From Nageia nagi (Eukaryota > Plantae > Pinophyta): a stretch of 64,000 nt of DNA. Within the stretch, counting starts at the first letter, position 1; every line of letters begins with the position of its first letter. The notes beneath the pieces are model-generated. The model searched no databases. It was not told the DNA's origin and saw only the letters and a program-made list of their open reading frames with translations. Made by a program: the position numbers and the translations under genes. Shown here in pieces: positions 26,001 through 37,800 of the stretch. The stretch spans positions 88,846,001-88,910,000 of the forward strand of contig JBITNC010000001.1 in assembly GCA_050084985.1 (NCBI GenBank), read 5' to 3'.

Positions 26001-26869
26001 ATAGTGGTCCATAATTGCCCACCTTGATCTTCATAGAATTGAGGGACCCACACACCATGTATGAAGCAAAAATAGTTGTTTGGAAATAGTATTTCAAAAA
26101 ATTCTTAATTTGTATGATAATGAAAGAAAAGAAAATTAGATACATATGAATAAAATTTAAATATAAAATGGATTAAAGCACATATTGCAATAGATTTCAT
26201 CCTATTTGGAATAGTGTTTCAACAATTGAAATACATAGACTTAACTGCCATGAAATAATGCAAAATTACTTCTATAAATATTTCCTTACGAATGAACCCA
26301 TGTCCTGTAACCTATAGTAAATTAGAATTAATTTTGTATATTCCATGGTGGTTAATCCTGAACATAATTAGATTCAATATTTGAAATACTACTTTCAAAC
26401 AAGTTGAAAAAATGTAATGAATTTAAGTGCATTATATATGCTTATGAACTACACCATGGAAGATAATAATGAGGCACCCTAGTAGGAAGTATGAAAAAGA
26501 GAGAACATATTTATTTAACATGTGCACATTGTATCCTAAAATAAAAGATAAATTGCAGCATGTTACAACATGAGGTCTTAAATACACTCTTCTGGCTCTA
26601 CATAGTGACCTTTAGAAAAATTATTAAGAATTGAGTATATATGATGTGTTATTTATAGAATATGGGCATGCGTGAGTTGTCATTCCAAATTTGAATTTCA
26701 AATCTCAATCATATGGAAAGGTGGTAAATATGAAGGCAAATAAATGAGGAAATAAAAGTTGACACATGTAGAAAATATTTTCACATGTGTATATAAGATA
26801 TTTGACACAAGTAGAGAAGATATTCAATGCATGTTGATAAGACATTTTATAGGCACGTTAGAGTAGATA

Positions 26870-27435
26870 AGATATTTGAGGCCATATCGTCCAAGCCATG
26901 TCATCAAACCTTGATGTCCAAGCCATATTGTTAAGAACTTATCTTTCAATCCATGTCATTAGGCCTTATTGTCCAAGCCATGTTGTTAAATCATTGATGT
27001 TCAAGCCATGTTGTTAAGCATTATTTTCCAAGCCATGTCATCAAGGATTTATTATTAAAATGATGGAGCATAAGCCATGTCATTCAATCCATGTCATCTA
27101 AACCATGTTGTTCAAGCCATGTCATTAAATCTATGTTGTTCAAGCCATGCCATTCAATCCATATCGTTCAAGCCATGTCATTGAATCCATATTGTTGAGG
27201 CAATGTCATGATGCCTTTTCATTTATACCATGTCGTTGAAGCCATATCATTATGCCTTATCATTTAAGATATATTGTTATATATTATCGTTTATACCATG
27301 TCATTATACCTTATCATTTATTCTATGTCATTGAAGTCATGTTTTTATGCCTTATCATTTATGCCATAATGTTGAATCCATGTCACTATGTCTTCTTAAT
27401 TAGGCCATGTCATTATGCATTATTCAAGCCATATC
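26870..27435. repeat. Degenerate minisatellite, ~14-15-nt unit (T)CAAGCCATGTCAT(T), roughly 30+ copies
   Basis: Recurrent AAGCCATGTCAT / AATCCATGTCAT / AAGCCATGTTGTT. Confidence 0.85.
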
Positions 27436-27449
27436 AATGGAGCACTATC

Positions 27450-28101
27450 TGTTAGAATTTGTAATGCATTATTGTGTAAATAAATTAGGTGTATTGTTCT
27501 TAATTAATTAAAACTAAAGGAACATATACAATACCTAAGTTAGAAAGAACATATTTTGCAATATGGAATAATCCATTTATTATGTGGATTATCCAGGTAT
27601 TCAAATGTGGAGATCCATCTATTTTATATTAAGGGTATATCCACATATGCAGTTTTCCCACATACTTAAAATAGAAGTATGGGCATATGTAATAGATATG
27701 GGTAAAAAGCCTTCTAACTACTATTCTCATATAATGTGAATCTTATGGATGATGATATTCCCATTGTGTAAAAGGGTGTACCAAAGTAGTATTTGAGCCT
27801 ATAAAAGGAAGGCTAGGCTTATTGTAAATCGCTCATTTTTGGAGAAGTATTCTTATGCTATTAGTTTAGAGATCTAGGGATAAAATAATTGTAAGAGAGA
27901 GTTTGTCTTGAGACGTAATATATGAGATTCAAATGGATGTAGTCTCTTAGAGCAAAACCACTATATTTCTTATGTGTTAATTTGTGATATTGCTTATTGT
28001 TGTGTCTTTTGAGAGATTGTTATCTTTAAGAGACATTAGAGTGTAAATTTGTTGGATATTGGTATAAGAGATCTTGATTGTGGAATTCTTTGATTCCTTC
28101 A
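27450..28101 (+). repeat. 5' LTR of element A
   Basis: TGTTAGAA...CCTTCA; TATA-like CCTATAAAAGG at ~27799. Confidence 0.92.
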
Positions 28102-28103
28102 CA

Positions 28104-28116
28104 TGGTATCATAGCC
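28104..28116 (+). promoter_or_regulatory. Primer-binding site (initiator tRNA-Met type), element A
   Basis: TGGTATCATAGCC vs canonical TGGTATCAGAGCC, 2 nt after the LTR. Confidence 0.85.
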
Positions 28117-28745
28117 TGCTTGTGATCATCTTCTTCAAATTCTAGCTCTATCATCTTGAGGTAACCCATATTAAATGTATATCTAACCTTGATATTTTTT
28201 CAAATTTTTAAGTTAGATCTATCATATATTCTATGGTTAGACTTTAATATATTGTGAAAATTAGTGTATCTAATTTTTTTTCATAGTTAAACCTAATTCT
28301 TTTAAATAATTATATTTTAAAAAATATGATAAAGATCCCTTTATCATTGCATTTTTTTGTTACATTGCAAAATAAGATTATACATGTTATGTTTACAATG
28401 AATATTTCATTATTGCAAACTTACAAAAATCTAAGTGATTTCTTGTAAGTATTTTTTGCAAGAAAAATTATATATTTTTTACAACAATTAAATAAGTTGT
28501 AAAAAAACTTTACTACTTAAGCAATAGTCTTGCATGTTTTTACTACTTAAAAAATAGTCTTGCAATTTTTTTACAAAAGGAGGGTTACAATTTTTTATTG
28601 TAACAAATAGAAAGTACAAAAAAACTTGCAATTTTTTTTTTGTAATATAAATTATTTTTAGAATTTAATTTTTTTATATTATGTACTTTTTATATAAAAA
28701 TCAAAATTTATTTTCTATGTTAAAAATAAATAAATAAAAATAATT

Positions 28746-29320
28746 GGGTGAGACCCCTCTATGAGGCAGTGCATAGCCTCATTGGGTGCGACTCCTCTAT
28801 AAGGTGGCGCATGGCCCCTCTATGAGGTGACATGCAGCCTCATTAGGCATGACCCCTCTATGATGTGGATTGTGACCCTACTAGGCATGGCCCCTTAATG
28901 ATGTAGCATGCAACCCTTATAGGTATGACCCATCTATGGAGGAGGTGCGTAGCCACGATGGCATGGCCCCTCTGGGCAAGGCCCTCCATGGAGGAGGTGC
29001 ATAGCCCCGATGGGTGTGGCCCCTCTATGGAGAATATACATAGCGTATTGGGTGTGACCCTTTTGGGAGGAAGTAAGCAACCCTTGAGTGTGACCCCTCC
29101 TATGGAGGAGGTGCATGACCCTTAAGCGTGACCCCTCAATTATAGGAGATGCACGACCATCAGGCATGACCCCTTCATTAGATGTAATGTTCTACTCTTA
29201 TGGGTGCGACCCCTCTTGTGAGGAGGCACATAGCCCTTAGGCATGGCTACTCTTGTGAGGAGGCACATGACCTTCAGGTGTGGCCCCTTGCACAACCTTT
29301 ATGGTCATGGTCCCTTGTAT
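28746..29320 (+). repeat. GC-rich array of ~14 self-complementary ~38-nt units
   Basis: Consensus ~GGGTGTGACCCCTCTATGGAGGAGGTGCATGACCCTTA. Confidence 0.85.
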
Positions 29321-30598
29321 GAAAGTGGTATGCGTAATCTGGATGCATAATTTTGGGCAAATGCCCTTCAACAAAATATTTGAAATTGGTTGGCATCTTT
29401 TACAACAATTTTAGAAAGAAACTTTATTGCATAGTGGTAGTCACCACATATAACACTCCCCTCCTCTTCATTAAATACCTAATTTTTAAATAGAGGGGTA
29501 TTAAAATGGTATTTTTTTAATGGGATCAATAAGATATTTTTTAATGTATATGGACATTAATTGACACCATCCTAACAACTTATTATTTTTTTTTTGTAAG
29601 GTGGTTAAAATACACATAGTAATTTAGTGGATGACTGGTATTAATAAGCTTGAAAGTGCAAGTCATTTTTTGGAGGATTTTATTATTCATGCTTTTATTT
29701 GATCAACTTCAAAATTATTTTGAGTTGATTGATGGTATAATTACACAAAATGGAAAATATCTTAGCAAATTTATTTGTGCAAATAAATATTGTGATATAA
29801 AGGTTGATGCTTATGGTCATGTCATAAAATATTAATGAATGCTCATCTCATCTTTATGACGTATGATGCATATGGATAATGCATATTTATAAGGTATGGT
29901 GCATAAGTACTACTATTTTTGAAGTTATAATTTTTTTAACATAGTTTAAAATTACTTTGCAAAGCTATGTTTCTTTTCATTATTTGACATGTGAAAACAT
30001 TAGTGGTGGTAGTTTTGATACCATTCAATTATATTTTGACAATTTAAATATTTAAAAGAAATAAATATTTAAATACAAAGCATTATAGTGAAATTCATAA
30101 ATGCTTAGAGTTGTAAATACCTAATCAGATGCTTTATTATCAAATTTTTTTACAAACCTTTATTTTGGTTAAATGATAAAAAAAATTCACATGTGAAACC
30201 AATTTTCCAAATAATTCTTTGATCAATGCAACACTATGACAATTTTGCAATTTTGTATGCTTTTGATTAATTCATAAGTTATGTTCATAATCTTATGATA
30301 ATTTATGGAAAATATTGGAATTTTCAAAGTGTAATTATTATACAATATTTGACATGTTTGATTCAATTTTTAATAAATTGATAACATTTTTTGAAGGAAA
30401 AAATTTATTTTGCAATTGTGTCTAAATATTGCAATAGAAACCATTTTTTTGCAAAATTCAAAAGGTCAATATTTTGCAAAATGGTAAAAATTCCATGCAA
30501 CTTTTTAGGATGTCATAAACTAAATTTGTGTTATCTAGTTAGTGACAAATAAAAAGAGGGGAGTTGCATTATGTTGCAATTATGATCAAAAGAGTTAT

Positions 30599-30798
30599 TG
30601 TTTGAACTCTATGATTATGCACTTTATTAATCTCCTTGATTGAATGGGCAATTTAGTATGCTTGTATGTGCATATTGTGATGCACTATCTTTATTTGAAA
30701 GTGTTTGAACTCTATGATTATGCACTTTCTTAATCTCCTTGATTGGATGAGCAATTTATTGTGCTTGGATGTGCATATTGTGATGCACTATCCTTATT
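30599..30798. repeat. Tandem duplication, ~104-bp period, 2 copies
   Basis: TGTTTGAACTCTATGATTATGCACTTT...GTGATGCACTATC occurs twice. Confidence 0.9.
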
Positions 30799-31049
30799 GG
30801 TTGCATTATGGTGCATTAATATATATTGTAATAGAATTATTATAGATGTGCATCAGACTATTCTTTGATATCTTTAAATTTTGTATATAAAAGCACATTT
30901 ATTATTTGATATCATTGGTTAAAATGGAAATGCTTATAACTTTCAAAATAATTTTTATGTATATCGTTTGAAGTAAAATTTTGAGTAAACTTTCTTCAAA
31001 CTTTATTATCCTCACTCATTGATTGTGCACATGTTTCTATCCTAGGTTG

Positions 31050-31730
31050 GATGGAAAACATGTGGACACATTCTTGTTGAGTGGAAAGTTTGTAAACTTT
31101 CTCCAAAATTGAATGGTAGTGCACATTGCTCCAATGTTTTTTGGTTTATACACATTAGTTGATTGGAGTGGAAAGTTTTTAAACTTTCTCTAAATTTGAA
31201 TGGTTGTGCATATTCTTGATTGATTGGATAGAAATTTGATCCTAAAATGTACACATTAGTTGATTGGAGTGGAAAGTTTTTCAACTTTCTCTAAATTTGA
31301 ATGGTTGTGCATATTCTTGATTGATTGGATAGAAATTTGATCCTAAAATATTTGGTTTGTGCACATTGATTGATTGGAGTGGAAAGTTTGTTAACTTTAT
31401 CCAAATTTGAATGGTTGTGCACATTTTTGATTGATTAGATAGAAAATTGATCCTAAACCTTTGGTTTGTCTACATTGATTGATTGGAGTGGAAATTTTGT
31501 GAACTTTATACAAATTTGAATGGTTGCACACATTCTTGATTGATTGGATAGAAAATTGATCCTAAAATCTTTGGTTCATGCACATTGATTGATTGGAGTG
31601 GAAAGTTTGTGAACTTTATCCAAATTTAAATGGTTGTGTATATTACTGATAGAAAATTGATCCTCAATTTTTTTATTTGTTCACATTCATTTATATCCTT
31701 ATTGGAATGGAAAGTTAGTACACATTCAAG
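31050..31730. repeat. ~110-bp tandem repeat, ~6 copies
   Basis: GAGTGGAAAG anchors at ~31079, 31165, 31266, 31376, 31485, 31595 and 31704. Confidence 0.9.
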
Positions 31731-32730
31731 TTATTGAGGTTACTATTTGATCATATATTACCATTGAGTAGTGTGATAATGAATTCCCTTTGGTTGTTAT
31801 TAGTGTAAATGTCTTAATTCTTAAACACCATTAATGTATGGGATAAGTATTGCTTGATTAAGCAACTTTGTTACAGTGTTACAATGTTGATTGATTTTGC
31901 TTTGAAAAGGAAATGTACGAGTACCCTTTGGAATGTGTACACTCCTTCAATTGTTAATAAATTTACTCTTAAGGAGTAAATTAAAGCAATGTTTTATAAA
32001 GGAGTAAACTTAGAGAAAGTTCACAAACCATTTAAATTTAGAGAAAGTTCACAAACTTTCCACTCAAGCATATTTTATAAAGCATGTTTTATCAAGGAGT
32101 AAATTTTTGATGGGAATTTGTAGCCTATGTCTAGGTGTTATAATCACATTTGTGGCCTATGGCTTAACTAGGTGGCATAGTCAGGTTGGCATTTGTGGCT
32201 TATGAATAGTAAATATTGATAGCATTTTATGATTTGTTCTTCATCCAAATTATAATATTGTTGATGGAGACCTTAAACCTTTACTTCAAAAAGGATAAGA
32301 ACGCATGCATCTTCAAATGCATTATATATTGACTAATTAAAGGATGGCTTAAAATTGTTACCTTGATAACATGAATCATTACCTTAGTGATAAGAATAAT
32401 TGCATTAATTTGTTGATGGAAAGGAAACTATCCTTGGTAATTTTCATTATCTTTGAATAGATTATGATGAAAATTTTAGCACATTAATGATTATGTGCGA
32501 TTATTTTATTTTGATGAACACTTATTTTTGAAAATGGAGAAAATATTTCAAAAGTTGTTCATCACTTATTGATGCTATCATAATTAGATACATGATATCA
32601 CTTTAATAAATTATGTATATGATAGCGTGAACAACTCAATTAAAAATTTGGTGGCACTGAACATTTCACAAAGTAATGCATTCTCTATAAATAGCTATCC
32701 ATATATGAATGGAACGACATAGTTCTAGTT

Positions 32731-33096
32731 ATGGCAAATGAGATCCTAGCTCACTTAGGGTACTCTTCAAATGAGGAGGATGTACAAGAAAGAGTACAGA
32801 GTAATACTAGAGAAGTTTCATCCATGGCTAGATAAGCACTACAACTAAGAGATTTGGCCAATGCTTCATTAAAGGAGCATGCCAATAAGTTTGCAAGTGA
32901 ACCTTGTCTATGATCGAAAATGTACAAGAGGAAAAGGGAAGTGGAAGATCAAGCATTTGACATGATATATAAGGAGAAAAATAAGCTCATAACTGAATGA
33001 GAAGTGCTCCTTAAACACATACAAGAGTTAACCAATGAGTTAAAAACTTTGAGGTCACAAGTCACTACTCAAGTTCCTCCCATTCCAAGATTTTAG
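32731..33096 (+). pseudogene. Small orphan coiled-coil ORF of element A (121 codons, 3 premature stops, no frameshift)
   Basis: MANEILAHLGY...KMYKRKREVEDQAFDMIYKEKNKLITE*EVLLKHIQELTNELKTLRSQ. Homologous to 57867-58355. Confidence 0.75.
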
Positions 33097-34165
33097 TAAA
33101 AGAGGAGACTTAGTACTTATTAATAAGGATTGATAACTAAAATCCAGTTGTTAAGCGTTAAGTTAGTTTATATGTTAAACATATAATAAGAAAAATCAAT
33201 TGAATTTCAACCTTGTTATAGGATCTCATGTGCATTAGTGCATTTAATAAGTATGATATGTATATCAATATTGACTTAATGTAATGGATGTTTATATTAC
33301 ATTAAGATAAGCATGTCAAATGATATGTGTATCAATGTATGGATTATTTAATCACATTTTTCTCACTTATTTAATCCTTTATTTAAATGAAATTTCCATA
33401 AGAAGGAGAAATTACTCTTAAATGATGTCAACTTCATATCAAATTGCATACAAAAAGATTGCAATATATATATATATATATATATGAAGATGAAGTTATA
33501 TGAACCCATAGCATCCTTAGTATGGTAAAGTTGTCCTTAAATATTTTAGGATGGTAAAGTTATCCTTGAGAGAGACTAAAGTATGAATTATTGGGAACTC
33601 TTATACATCATTCTACAAGGATCATTTTTTATACTAAGTTATCCACATGAGAATAACTTGTTTATGCACCTTATAGAAAATGAAGGATTGATAAAAATAT
33701 ATCTTGTAACTATTGTTTTTCTTAGAATATTTATGATGACATATAGTATGAATATAGGCTTGTTTAGCATGAATTATAGTATACCATTTGACCATATATG
33801 GATGGTACTGGTTGATTTATATATCATATGTTGAAATGAATGTATGATGCATATAACTAATCTTATTTATGAGCTTCTTGTAGCTTCAGGTGTGTAGGTT
33901 AGCTACTTAAAGTATGTAGGCTCATGGAGGCTTATCATGTATCATAATGTTGAATGACTACTTACATACTATAACCATTTATGGTTGATGATTATTGTGT
34001 TATAAACCATTCATTCAAATGGTTAAGTAGTTGAGCCCTATTTAGAATCTAAAGCATATTACTTCTCAAGATGTCAAGTTCTCATTTTGATTGTATCTCT
34101 TATGGAGGAGAGTTCTCTTACACTTTCTTCTCGTATCTCTACCCCAATATTGCATTAAGTGGGAG

Positions 34166-34814
34166 TGTTAGAATTTGTAATGCATTATTGTGTAAATAAC
34201 TTAGGTGTATTGTTCCTAATTAATTAAAAATGAAGGAACATTTACAATACCTAAATTAGAAAAAACATATTTTGTAATATGGAATAATCCATTTATTATG
34301 TGGATTATCCATGTATGAAAATGTTGAGCCCCATCTATATTAGGGGTATATCTACATATGCATGTTGTCCCACATACTTAAAATAGAAGTATGGGCATAT
34401 GTAATAGGTATGGGTAAATATCCTTCCAACTACCATTCTCACCTAATGTGAATCCTATGGACAATGGTATTCCCCTTGTGTAAAAGGGTATACCAAAGTA
34501 GGATTTGAGCCTATAAAAGGAAGGCTAGGTTTGTTGTAAATCACTCACTTTTGTAGAAGCATTGTTATGCTAATAGTTTAGAGATATAGGGATAGAATGA
34601 TTGTAAGAGAGAGTTTATCTTGAGAAGTAATATAGTTAGATTTAAGTGGATGTATTCTCTTAGAGAGGAACCACTATATTTCTTGTGTGTTAATTTGTGA
34701 GATTGCTTACTATTGTGTCCTTTAATAGATTGTTATCTTTAAGAGAGATTAGAGTGTTAATTTTTTGGAGATTGGTACAAAAGAACTTAGTTGTGGAATT
34801 CTTCAATTCCTTCA
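34166..34814 (+). repeat. 3' LTR of element A
   Basis: Direct repeat of 27450-28101. Confidence 0.92.
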
Positions 34815-37800
34815 CTATCGAGTGCACCTTATCATGAGGTTTTTTACTTTAATATTGCTACTAATAACCTGTATTAAATTATTATTATTATTATCAATCA
34901 GATATGTTTGATTTATAACATGTGGCCACCATGCACAAATATATCTTATATGATTAATATGTGTATTCTATCGACTAGAATGTCATAAATAGCTTCATTC
35001 ACATATTTGTTTCATTATTACTTGCCATTTCTTATCCATGTAGTGATTTTCTTTGGTTTTATCTTATCTATACCTATACTTTCCTTCTACAAAATCTACT
35101 TTTTGAATATGCTAATATGGTATTATATACATCTACTAGTGCCAATTGCAAAATCTTCTAGAAACCCTCATTTTATTGTATCAATCTACAGAGGGAAATC
35201 CATCGTAAGAATGATGTACTCCCTTATAAATGGGCAGCCGATGTTGATTTATGGACCTCATCTATATGAATGTTATTATCTTCAAAAGTCAACTACTAGA
35301 TCAAATATTGGATTCCTGCAATGAGGTACTCTTTTGTTTCCATTTTGAAGCTCAAGATATCATAAGTTCTCTTTTTCCATTGAACCAAAGGACATTGAAT
35401 GCTTGACTCCTTTACCATGATATGGATTGCATATATAGATGGGGAATTAATTCCATACTTCTATAAAGAAGAATTGGAACTTTTAAATAATCACTTTGAT
35501 ATTGATATGAACCCTATTCTATCTTAACAACTTCTCAACCAGGTAAAAATATTTTTGTAATTTTTCTAATATATTTAATTATGTTTTTTTCATTTATTTT
35601 ACTTTTTTGGCCCCTTATGTTTGTTTTTCAAGTGGCTCAAAAAAGTACAATTGAGCACAGAAAGTCCATACTATTCAAAATGAATTTTTTCAAGAAGTAG
35701 TGGAATTCATCTCGCAAGGAAGATTATTGATATGCCTATTTAGGGTAAATGGCCCAAAACTTGTTGGGTAAAAAATTCAAGTGTTGTAGCCACATATCAA
35801 ATAAGCTTAAACTTCAATTGAAAATAGAAAGAAAATGAAGAAGAAAATACTTTTATTTCTATGGAAGAAACTACTTGTTAGCTTTGTATTATAAAAGTTT
35901 ATTTCAAATTACAAATGATTTATCTATTCATCCACCAACATGCAATGCTTCTTTAATTATGCAATATACCATGATTACTAGGGAAACTAAGGTAAAATTA
36001 TTGACTTAAATAACTTTAAATAATAGGTGTGATGGGTTTGATTATACTAAAATTACATTTGTTTATATTGTAGCAGAGTGTAGCTTGGGTAAACAAGCAA
36101 CACTAGGTAAGGAAAAGATCCCATTTATCAGAAGAATATGGAGAAATAGATCCCCAACCTAAATTTCAAATAGTAGAGGATGATAGTGATTTTTATTATG
36201 AGGAGTATCAAACACCCACTCCACCTATGAAAAAATAAAAAATGATTGACTAGTTGAAAACACATACTACCCCTAAAAAGACTTTAACTTAGAGTATGTT
36301 TTTAATGTTTAATGAATTATGTATTGTTGAATGTATTAATTTCTATTTAATGATATTAAGTGAATATTTTAATAATTTTTAAAATAGAAGGTCATGGTTG
36401 AAACACTAGGCACCCTCCATCCACTCATATAATTTTCTTTTGAAAATGATTTTTAAAATTTGTAATTTATTGTATTCTTAACGGTTCTCCTTTATTTGTA
36501 GCTTCTCAAATATTATCATCTGGAAGTAGAAAATATATTCCTCTAATGGAGAAACCCCAACCTTCTCTGTAACCCTGACTTTCTCAACAACATCAACCTC
36601 CTTTGTTATCACATGAGCAACCTCCTATTTAGAGTGTCAAACCAAATGAGTCAGATAGACCATGTGTCCTATCTATTCATAATGAGCATAAAGATAAATT
36701 ATTTCCCTTATTTCTTGTTGAAATGACCCAAATTTATAGAACTACGAGGCTTTCAAAGTAATTAAAAGGTTTAGAAAAATACCTTAATGATGAGGAGGTA
36801 ATGAAGGCCTTCAATCCTAGATAGTTTATGGAAAATAAGGTATTAGAGCCTACAATAGAAATAGAAGATACACATCTTATCCTTAAGCCTCTAGATTTTT
36901 CTATCAATAATTTGGAAGCAAATTAATCTAAAGTTGATTTTGGGAAAGTTTATGAGCATTTATAGGCTTTTAATGTTTGGGATTTTCAAGTTAAGGTCAT
37001 GATCAAGGAGGTTAAGGTGTATTCCGAAAAGAGGACACAACATGAAGAAATATTTTTGAATTTGGAGATAGAACCAAAAAAGTTGAGTCTTTGTTAAAGG
37101 TTACACAGACAAGTACTATAAGAGTTTATTCCCCATATGAAGAAAATCTTTTGAAAGTGATTTTAATCATCTTAAATATTTGAATATCAAGGCTCTGACA
37201 TATTACAATAAATGGACATAGGATCAAAATGAGGTTGAAATTGCTAAAAGTGAATTGGAGGTTACAAAGGTATGTGATACTAATTTTTTTGCCTTTCTAT
37301 TGAATTTATAGATTTTTAATTGTACATTATTTTTTCACTTCTTTTTGCTTTTCTTTTTAGGAAAAATATGAAATTTTAAATTCTTCAGTAAGACTTTCTA
37401 AGCTTTATATGGGTGATGCAATCAAACATTTGGTAGGAGCTACAAATTTGAAGAAGAAGGATGATGAACTAAGGAAGCATAAATAAGTACTTCAAAGTGT
37501 TGATAGAGCTTAGGGATTAGATGTGCAGGATATTTTGAAACATTAGATAGTGTTAATTGCATAAAATAAGCATTAAAGGAGCCAAATAAATTGAAACTTG
37601 CAGGAAGGATAAAAAATAAGATTATAATTAGTTGCTCATGGTTATTTGGATATGCAATAATTAAAACAAGTTTCTAATGCTCTTATTCTTAGTGATCCTA
37701 CCGCTATTAGTGATGCTCCTATTGTTACCAATGTGCTTACTATTACTCAAAATCCTCATATTGTTAGTGGCGAAATACATAATTTTGAACATGAAGCTTC

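Larger units (their letters stand above)
27450..34814 (+). mobile_element. Complete non-autonomous LTR retrotransposon (LARD-like), element A
   Basis: LTRs 27450-28101 and 34166-34814 (TG..CA, ~88-90% by eye). Perfect TSD CTATC (27445-27449 and 34815-34819). PBS TGGTATCATAGCC at 28104; PPT AAGTGGGAG at 34157-34165. No gag/PR/RT/INT motif recognised in the 6-kb interior. Confidence 0.92.

Noticed and set aside
23300-26850. Possible decayed transposase or gene fragments
   Set aside because: No motif I can name; left unannotated.
28746-29320. CRISPR-like periodic palindromic array (also 55039-55465)
   Set aside because: Units are degenerate over their full length, with no unique spacers and no cas genes, in a eukaryotic retroelement context.
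33100-34150. Possible copia RT/RH remnant in element A
   Set aside because: No YVDD/RH motifs found; the 83-aa ORF at 33583 looks like AT-rich noise.
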